A stretch of DNA of 64,000 nucleotides from the NCBI RefSeq assembly GCF_041737375.1, contig NZ_JBGSRV010000008.1, positions 88,500 to 152,499 on the forward strand, given 5' to 3'. Below the pieces are notes generated by a model. It saw only the letters and a program-made list of their open reading frames with translations. It had not been told where the DNA came from and did no database searches. Within the stretch, counting starts at the first letter, position 1, and every line of letters starts with the position of its first letter. Origin of the DNA: Vampirovibrio sp. (lineage in GTDB: Bacteria; Cyanobacteriota; Vampirovibrionia; Vampirovibrionales; Vampirovibrionaceae). Positions 58,662 through 64,000 of the stretch are shown here, piece by piece. The position numbers were made by a program, and so were the translations under genes.

Positions 58662-58884
58662 GGAAGCCCCTATTCAGGCGTGTTTAGCGGAGCCGGTTGC
58701 TGAATTGAGTGATGCCGAGTTTATCGCTTTGGCAGAACGGGACCGGGATGCCGCGATTGCCTTGATGTGGCCGGAGCCGGAAGAGCAAGCGGCTATGAAG
58801 CTGCTGGATGCGGTGGCCTTTGATGGGTTTATCGCTTCTCTCAAAGGAAAATTGGCGGAGCAATCCTTGCCAAAGGCTGATTAA
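58648..58884 (+). CDS. Small acidic hypothetical protein B (paralog of A)
   Basis: AGGAG RBS; shared F(V/I)ALA..DR..AI and AFDG(Y/F)IA.L motifs. Confidence 0.7.
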   Translation: MSLAKEAPIQACLAEPVAELSDAEFIALAERDRDAAIALMWPEPEEQAAMKLLDAVAFDGFIASLKGKLAEQSLPKAD

Positions 58885-59349
58885 ATGAGCAAGCCCCCGC
58901 CCCCAGAGAAAAAACCAGTGTACGTTCAGTTCAATGATAAGTTACTGGATGTTCCCTGCCTGCTGGTTCAGAAAGGCAAGGCTCAGCGCAAGTTTATTGA
59001 TGCCCGCTGGATTTATCTCAAGTCCACCGACACCTCATACGAGGACAGTGAGTTCTACGAGCAGTTTGACGCTTGGCTGAAAGACATTTTGAAGTACTTT
59101 AAACCGGTGGAAGGCAACGATTACGTCACTTGGCGCCGGGTTGACTTTCCGGAGAAAAAGCCCCGACACGATATCGCCTTTCGCTTTGATCTCGCGGTGG
59201 ACATTGGCGGGTTTTTCTTTGCGGATATGGAGAAGGTGAGGCCCGAAGAAGCGCTGGATATGATTTTTGAGGTGTTGAAAGATTTTAAGCTGATTTCCTG
59301 GGAGGACGAGGAGGAAGGCGAGATTTTGATTCGATCCCGCAAAAAGTAA
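58885..59349 (+). CDS. Hypothetical protein
   Basis: 154 aa; ATG immediately after the upstream TAA. Confidence 0.7.
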   Translation: MSKPPPPEKKPVYVQFNDKLLDVPCLLVQKGKAQRKFIDARWIYLKSTDTSYEDSEFYEQFDAWLKDILKYFKPVEGNDYVTWRRVDFPEKKPRHDIAFRFDLAVDIGGFFFADMEKVRPEEALDMIFEVLKDFKLISWEDEEEGEILIRSRKK

Positions 59350-59424
59350 TCAAGTTTATGGGCGTTGGGTGCTTTTTAGGGCAAATCTCGTTTTTCGTGT
59401 GAGTGAGCTTGAGAATCCACGCAA

Positions 59425-59464
59425 ATTAAAACACCCCCGGATTCTTTGTAATCCTGTGGGAGTG
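59425..59464 (-). terminator. Terminator-like hairpin downstream of the tRNA
   Basis: Minus strand CACTCCCACAGGATT-loop-AATCCGGGGGTG then TTTTAA. Confidence 0.55.
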
Positions 59465-59487
59465 TGACGTTTCGGAGTTTAGGAATA

Positions 59488-59559
59488 TGGGCGCTACTGG
59501 ACTTGAACCAGTGACTTCCACCGTGTGAAGGTGGCACTCTACCGCTGAGTTAAGCGCAT
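59488..59559 (-). tRNA. tRNA-Val(CAC) copy with mismatched 5' end (probable att remnant or pseudo-tRNA)
   Basis: Intact D arm, anticodon arm CCACC-TTCACAC-GGTGG and T arm (TTCAAG); acceptor 5' strand ATGCGCT against 3' AGCGCCC leaves pairs 1-2 unpaired; no encoded CCA. Confidence 0.85.
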
Positions 59560-59808
59560 CTGGCGTACGTTTTGCCATTTTTGTTTCTCCTGACCTTTGC
59601 TTGAATGTTGAAGTTTTGTTGAACTTGTTATTGGATCGGGATCATATGGCACATCCGAAGCAAGGTTCAAGATGAGGTGCTTGTAGAGTCAGCCGCTTGT
59701 GTAGTCAAAAGAATGATGGGCAATGCCAACCTGTGCCAGTCAGAGATTCAGGAAAAAAACGGGCAAGCTCCTGTTAGAATCAGACAGTGCGGAACCGGAG
59801 GAAGTTTT

Positions 59809-60123
59809 ATGAATCGGATTAAAACTGGAGATATTGTTCGAGCATTTAAAAAAATATGGCCCCACATGACGGGCGATATGGTTCGCAAAGCGGAGCAGGC
59901 GCAAATGATTCGAGCCATCCGCAGCCCGTTTTCAGATCGATCAGGCTTATTTTATGATTCCGACAGCATTAAGTCCTTCGTTCAAAAGCAGGTACTGCAA
60001 AAAGAAATTACCCCCGACCAAGCCCGAATCGTTTTGGCCGAGCTGGGAATCAATCAGACCCCATTGAGATTGCCTAACCCAATAATATATTTACCCCTGG
60101 TTACCATCCGAGCTCAAGGCTAA
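59809..60123 (+). CDS. Possible excisionase/MerR-like HTH protein
   Basis: GGAGGA RBS; TGDIVRA...VRKAE...I.AIRSP....FYDSD pattern resembles Xis/MerR HTH; adjacent to the att candidate. Confidence 0.5.
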   Translation: MNRIKTGDIVRAFKKIWPHMTGDMVRKAEQAQMIRAIRSPFSDRSGLFYDSDSIKSFVQKQVLQKEITPDQARIVLAELGINQTPLRLPNPIIYLPLVTIRAQG

Positions 60124-60312
60124 GTTTGATTCCTCGGCCTTCAACTCTTCAAATATTTTCAACACTCTCTTTCTGAAATTTTCATCATTCCTGCACATTT
60201 CTAAAAACAGGGCATCGGAGATCAGCTCATCAAAGTTAATCAAGTTTTTTTCGGGCCCCTGGCTGAGCGCTTGCAGGCGCTTTCCGCCCTGATTATTCAC
60301 TTGTGCTACCAT
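60091..60312 (-). CDS. Small hypothetical protein
   Basis: GAAAGGA RBS; preceded by a strong hairpin. Confidence 0.6.
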   Translation of the reverse strand: MVAQVNNQGGKRLQALSQGPEKNLINFDELISDALFLEMCRNDENFRKRVLKIFEELKAEESNLALSSDGNQG

Positions 60313-60677
60313 TGTCTCGTTTCCTTTCATTGTCGTTGCTATGCGGCTAACTGGATGGATGCCGAAGCCTCGACGGTTGCACCCGTCGGGGCTTCATCGT
60401 TTTGAGGGAGTACCAACGCCCCGCTCATGATTAGAAAATAAAGTGCCCCGTTCGATTGCTATGGTGTCCATAGGTTTTGTGGCTCGTTTGGTAAGCATCC
60501 ATTAGGTGTTCCATTAAGCCCTTAAATTCTCTCTATAACTAAGTTTAAAGCTTTTGTTTACGAAAACAATATATCTCGGCAAGTTGTTTATGTCAACAAA
60601 AAACTAAAACGCTTGCCAATGGATAGACTAACCTCTATATTGTTAAAGTGAACATTAACAATGAAAGGGCTTAGAAG

Positions 60678-60902
60678 ATGCCAAGAGGCGGTTGGCGTGG
60701 AGGGGGAAGACCCCCAAAAACAGAGGGTGTAAAGCGTACCCTGTTGGGATGCCGGGTTAAGGATGACGTTAAAAACTGGCTTTATGCCGAAAAGGATCGA
60801 ACGGGCGCCAGCGTGGGGGAAATCGTAGACCTGGCCGTTACCGTACTCCAAGAGACACCAGCCCGCCATCTGCCGGAGGCGACAGTAGAAACGGAGGAGT
60901 AA
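60678..60902 (+). CDS. Small DNA-binding protein (GGRP hook + ribbon-helix-helix-like)
   Basis: MPRGGWRGGGRPPK then strand-helix-helix pattern (RTLLGCRV...S.GEIVDLAV). Confidence 0.65.
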   Translation: MPRGGWRGGGRPPKTEGVKRTLLGCRVKDDVKNWLYAEKDRTGASVGEIVDLAVTVLQETPARHLPEATVETEE

Positions 60903-60907
60903 ACGCC

Positions 60908-61054
60908 ATGGCCAATTTCAAGCGTAGGAAAACCCGACGCAACGTGCGTTGCACCATGTGTACCCAGTCCCGCTTTCTCGGTAATAACAAAGGCCGCTAC
61001 AAGGCGAAAGAGGAAGCGTCCCGAAAGGCGGATGCTTTTGATGGGGAGACGTAA
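60908..61054 (+). CDS. 48-aa basic CxxC protein (not in ORF track)
   Basis: GGAGGAG RBS; MANFKRRKTRRNVRCTMCTQSRFLGNNKGRYKAKEEASRKADAFDGET*. Confidence 0.6.
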   Translation: MANFKRRKTRRNVRCTMCTQSRFLGNNKGRYKAKEEASRKADAFDGET

Positions 61055-61225
61055 GGACACCCAGCGGATGGAATGCCTTATGGGTCCTTCCAGGGATAGG
61101 GGATCTGGCGGGTGACGCGCAACCCCGGAAGGCTGAGATGAATATCAAAAAAAATATTATTTCGTTTCGTTTTGCAAGGTTGAAGATTTAAACAGAGGTT
61201 ATAACTTGGAGTCCACAGGAAGGCT

Positions 61226-62023
61226 ATGACAGGCAAGAGACTAACAATTGGTCCTTACATGGATCAGCCCTATGGTCCGAATCCGCATTATCTTGATCCA
61301 AAAAAGGGGCGGCTCATGTGCGATATTCCCTTTTCTGAAATAAAAGAAGGAGGCTTTTATCAATTTGAAATAATGCAAGCCGCAGCAGAACTCTTCTATC
61401 TGTTCAACGGTAGTTTAAAAGCCACAGCTTTTTATGAAAAGTTTTTTCGATATGAATTTATAGATTTACGTTCTGCTTTTATTGAAAACGATTATAAAAA
61501 ATGGCCCCTACGGCGTTATAAGCTTCTACAGGACGATAAAGAGAAAATAGATTTTTTTGAATATTCGGAGCAACTACAAGCGTTGCTTGTGAGCATTGCT
61601 ATGGCTTGGGATAGGGAAACCCCTATAAGTCTTGGGGACCTACTCAAAACCTTTTCAGCGGCTCCTATTATGAGCCAAGCCCTTTATAATCAATTCCTTG
61701 AGAACCCACCAGCTTTCTCCTATTCCCTTCCAAAATATCCGGGTTATGAAGAGTACATAAAATCAAAAATTGAAACGATCAATATTGTTAATTCACAGCC
61801 AAAACTGACGGGAATGCGAAATAAAATTTATGAGCTGCTGTTAAGCAATCGAGAAGGTCTGACAGTTAAAGACTTATGCCGCTTGCTTCCCAATAACAAT
61901 GAAGGCGAAAGACCAGAGAGCACGATTACTGTGAACCTGGGCGAACTTCGAAATCAAGGTTTAGCTCATCCTAAAGACGACAGACCTCGCGGAAAAATAT
62001 GGGTTTTTACCGGTTATTTGTAA
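61226..62023 (+). CDS. AT-rich hypothetical protein with C-terminal winged helix
   Basis: IYELL....GLTVKDLCRLL...ESTI...LGELRNQGL. Confidence 0.7.
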   Translation: MTGKRLTIGPYMDQPYGPNPHYLDPKKGRLMCDIPFSEIKEGGFYQFEIMQAAAELFYLFNGSLKATAFYEKFFRYEFIDLRSAFIENDYKKWPLRRYKLLQDDKEKIDFFEYSEQLQALLVSIAMAWDRETPISLGDLLKTFSAAPIMSQALYNQFLENPPAFSYSLPKYPGYEEYIKSKIETINIVNSQPKLTGMRNKIYELLLSNREGLTVKDLCRLLPNNNEGERPESTITVNLGELRNQGLAHPKDDRPRGKIWVFTGYL

Positions 62024-62249
62024 CAAAATATTTCCCTATTTTTCCCTATATTTTCCCTACAGCCTCTATTAATAAGGGTTTAAGCTGATTTTTGGGGTGA
62101 ACCCCTACATAGGGAAACGTTTCATTAAATTCTGCCAAGATGCTTCTACCAGCCAACGCGGCGCAGAGAGCTCAAGGCGAAGATTTTCTTAACCTTTGTT
62201 CTGTCAGCCTAGCGGCTGGCAGTTTTTTTAATTTATTGAGGTTAAGACT

Positions 62250-62843
62250 ATGCATTACCCAACCAGCCATTTTAGGGGCTTAGATCAAGCTGCGGAAGAA
62301 GCGTTCCTGAGGGCTTACCAGTCGCTCATCATCTTCGAGGGAGAGCGGCCCACTGTTCGCTTTTCTCGTGACGCCGCCGAAATCTTCCGCCAGTTGGCAG
62401 AATTGCGTCGGAAAAACTGGAGCACCTCCACCCACTGGAATCAGACGGCAGAGCAAGTTGGTCTTGCTGGTGAGCTTGCCGTCCAGTTCTACCTTGGCAT
62501 CTCTGCGGAAACGGCCATGGCCGAGTTTAAAGCTGGACTCATGGGCGATCAAGGGCATGACGTGGAAGCCTTAGGCCTGAAGCTGGATGTTAAAAGTACG
62601 AGGGGCAGTGCTTTAAAATTTAAATTTTCCCGCACGAACTCCCATGCTAGTCGGGCGGATGGCTTCATTTTCACCTATGTCGAAAATGAAGGTTTTGAAA
62701 TGCGGGTTCAGTTGTTGGGCTGGAGCCATCGGGCAAAGGTAAAGCCGCATTTGAGGGATGACGGCCAACGTTTTTTTGTCCGCATGGAGACACTCCGACG
62801 GGAGGGTGCGTTGCACCTCGTCCGTCAGTTGAGAAACGCATAG
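62250..62843 (+). CDS. PD-(D/E)xK nuclease-like protein
   Basis: GLAGELAV...GDQGHDV....LDVKST; GAGG RBS. Confidence 0.6.
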   Translation: MHYPTSHFRGLDQAAEEAFLRAYQSLIIFEGERPTVRFSRDAAEIFRQLAELRRKNWSTSTHWNQTAEQVGLAGELAVQFYLGISAETAMAEFKAGLMGDQGHDVEALGLKLDVKSTRGSALKFKFSRTNSHASRADGFIFTYVENEGFEMRVQLLGWSHRAKVKPHLRDDGQRFFVRMETLRREGALHLVRQLRNA

Positions 62844-62847
62844 CAGG

Positions 62848-63132
62848 ATGCAGAAAGGAAACCCCATGAACGGTAATAAAAAAGCTGGGGAGCCGTCTAG
62901 CATCCCTGACAGCAATCTAAAACATTCCATCAGCGGCCATGGCATTAGACGCCATATCGTCAGTTTCCGGGACTTATGCGATTTAGCCTTCAGTCCATTA
63001 TGGGCAAGGCTCACACAGGCAAGACAGCGCGCTTTCTTCCAATGGCTGGTGATTTGCCTCGGTGACACACGCTTATTCGGGGAAATTGGTGCCTCCTACA
63101 TCCGGTTCCTGCAAAGAAAGGCGGTGAAATAA
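62848..63132 (+). CDS. Hypothetical protein
   Basis: ORF coupled by TAATG to the replication gene. Confidence 0.5.
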   Translation: MQKGNPMNGNKKAGEPSSIPDSNLKHSISGHGIRRHIVSFRDLCDLAFSPLWARLTQARQRAFFQWLVICLGDTRLFGEIGASYIRFLQRKAVK

Positions 63133-64000
63133 TGGCGAGAGCAAGAAACATCAAGCCGGGATTCTTCAAAAATGAATATTTGGCAGCTTTGTCCCCCTAT
63201 GCCCGCCTTTTGTTTATCGGCTTGTGGACCCTGGCAGATGTGGCGGGGCGGATGGAATATCGGCCCGCCCGAATCAAGGCTGAGATTTTTCCTTATGAAT
63301 CTGTTGATGTTGATTCGCTGATAAGCGAATTGGCCTCCTCCCCTGAGCGGTTCATCATTCGTTATCAAGTTGACGCTTCTCTTTACCTGGAGATTCCTAA
63401 TTTTTCCAAACATCAGAATCCCCATAAAAATGAAAAGCAGGCAGGAAGCCGAATTCCAGCTTATCCAGAAAAAGACGGAACTTGCACCGTACTTGCACCA
63501 GACCAGTACCGTACTAGTACGGTACAAGAACGGAACTTGCACCGTACCGCTCCAGCTGATTCCCTATTACTGATTCCTGATTCCCTCACACTGAAACCTG
63601 AGGGATCCGAACCTGTTGGTTCGGGTGTGCGTGTGATCGGTTTGGAAAATGAAACAGATCCCAATCAAACACTTGCCAAGGAAGGCATGCTTTACCTGGC
63701 ATCCCTAAACAGCCCCAATCATCAAAATATGGGATGGATCCAGGGATTCCTGAAAATCCAGTTTCAGGAGCTGGCGCAAACCAAACCTGATATTCCCAAA
63801 CCGGAAATCCTTCGGTTATGGAGAGACACTTGCGATCTTGCGGTGTCGAAAAACGCAACAGCGCCCCAATGGCTCAAAACGACGCTTAAAAATAAATTAG
63901 AGGCATGGGCAGCCGAAGCGCCAAAAGCGCATGTTCTCGATGATCTCAGCAGCCAAGCAGAAGCCTTGCTAAAGTTCCCCTTCATCCGGCATAAGTACAC
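63132..64000 (+). CDS. Phage replication initiator (partial, not in ORF track)
   Basis: MARARNIKPGFFKNE.LA.....ARLLFIGLWTLAD..GR...RP..IKAEIFPY...F.KHQ is a common phage Rep N-terminus; frame stays open to the window end. Confidence 0.85.
   Translation, partial: MARARNIKPGFFKNEYLAALSPYARLLFIGLWTLADVAGRMEYRPARIKAEIFPYESVDVDSLISELASSPERFIIRYQVDASLYLEIPNFSKHQNPHKNEKQAGSRIPAYPEKDGTCTVLAPDQYRTSTVQERNLHRTAPADSLLLIPDSLTLKPEGSEPVGSGVRVIGLENETDPNQTLAKEGMLYLASLNSPNHQNMGWIQGFLKIQFQELAQTKPDIPKPEILRLWRDTCDLAVSKNATAPQWLKTTLKNKLEAWAAEAPKAHVLDDLSSQAEALLKFPFIRHKY
63475..63547. repeat. Iteron-like origin inside the Rep gene
   Basis: ACGGAACTTGCACCGTAC at 63475 and 63530 flanking perfect 20-bp palindrome GTACCGTACTAGTACGGTAC (63506-63525). 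Confidence 0.85.

Larger units (their letters stand above)
59560..64000. mobile_element. Left end of an integrated prophage/satellite-like element (continues past window)
   Basis: Begins at the damaged tRNA; small DNA-binding genes, AT-rich gene, nuclease-like ORF, phage replication initiator with iteron-like repeats. Confidence 0.8.

Noticed and set aside
1-64000. CRISPR array or cas genes
   Set aside because: No run of equal-length repeats with unique spacers; the repeats seen are 2-3 copy local duplications.
63096-64000. Several short minus- and plus-strand ORFs in the track
   Set aside because: They overlap the real, window-truncated Rep ORF starting at 63132.

Overview
Bacterial chromosomal window of about 50% GC. 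Gene content (AMIN-domain protein, cyanobacterial-type peptide ABC lipoprotein, PFOR, no photosynthesis genes, many orphan proteins with low-complexity N-termini ending in F-G/F-S) suggests a non-photosynthetic cyanobacterial relative (Vampirovibrionia/Melainabacteria); this placement is inference. Bases 1-59.4 kb hold housekeeping and accessory genes: ABC substrate-binding protein, Tex, Tas, TolC, AMIN-CHAP hydrolase, two beta-helix secreted proteins, a ynbAB-like lipid-synthesis operon, a beta-oxidation operon, a two-gene PFOR, lexA, rlmN, a PAS kinase and galE. From about 59.56 kb a phage/satellite-like element begins at a 5'-damaged tRNA-Val(CAC) copy (probable att site) and runs off the window inside a phage replication gene carrying iteron-like repeats. 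Most notable: (1) a ynbAB-like lipid operon with a PLP enzyme, a methyltransferase and a catalytically degenerate SDR; (2) a FadE-FadD fusion with an A9 run exactly at the domain junction; (3) a recurring N-terminal F-G/F-S leader on unrelated proteins, including GalE; (4) GAAC-N4-GTTC-like boxes at lexA plus an unannotated 27-aa hydrophobic peptide downstream; (5) the tRNA-Val-integrated element.
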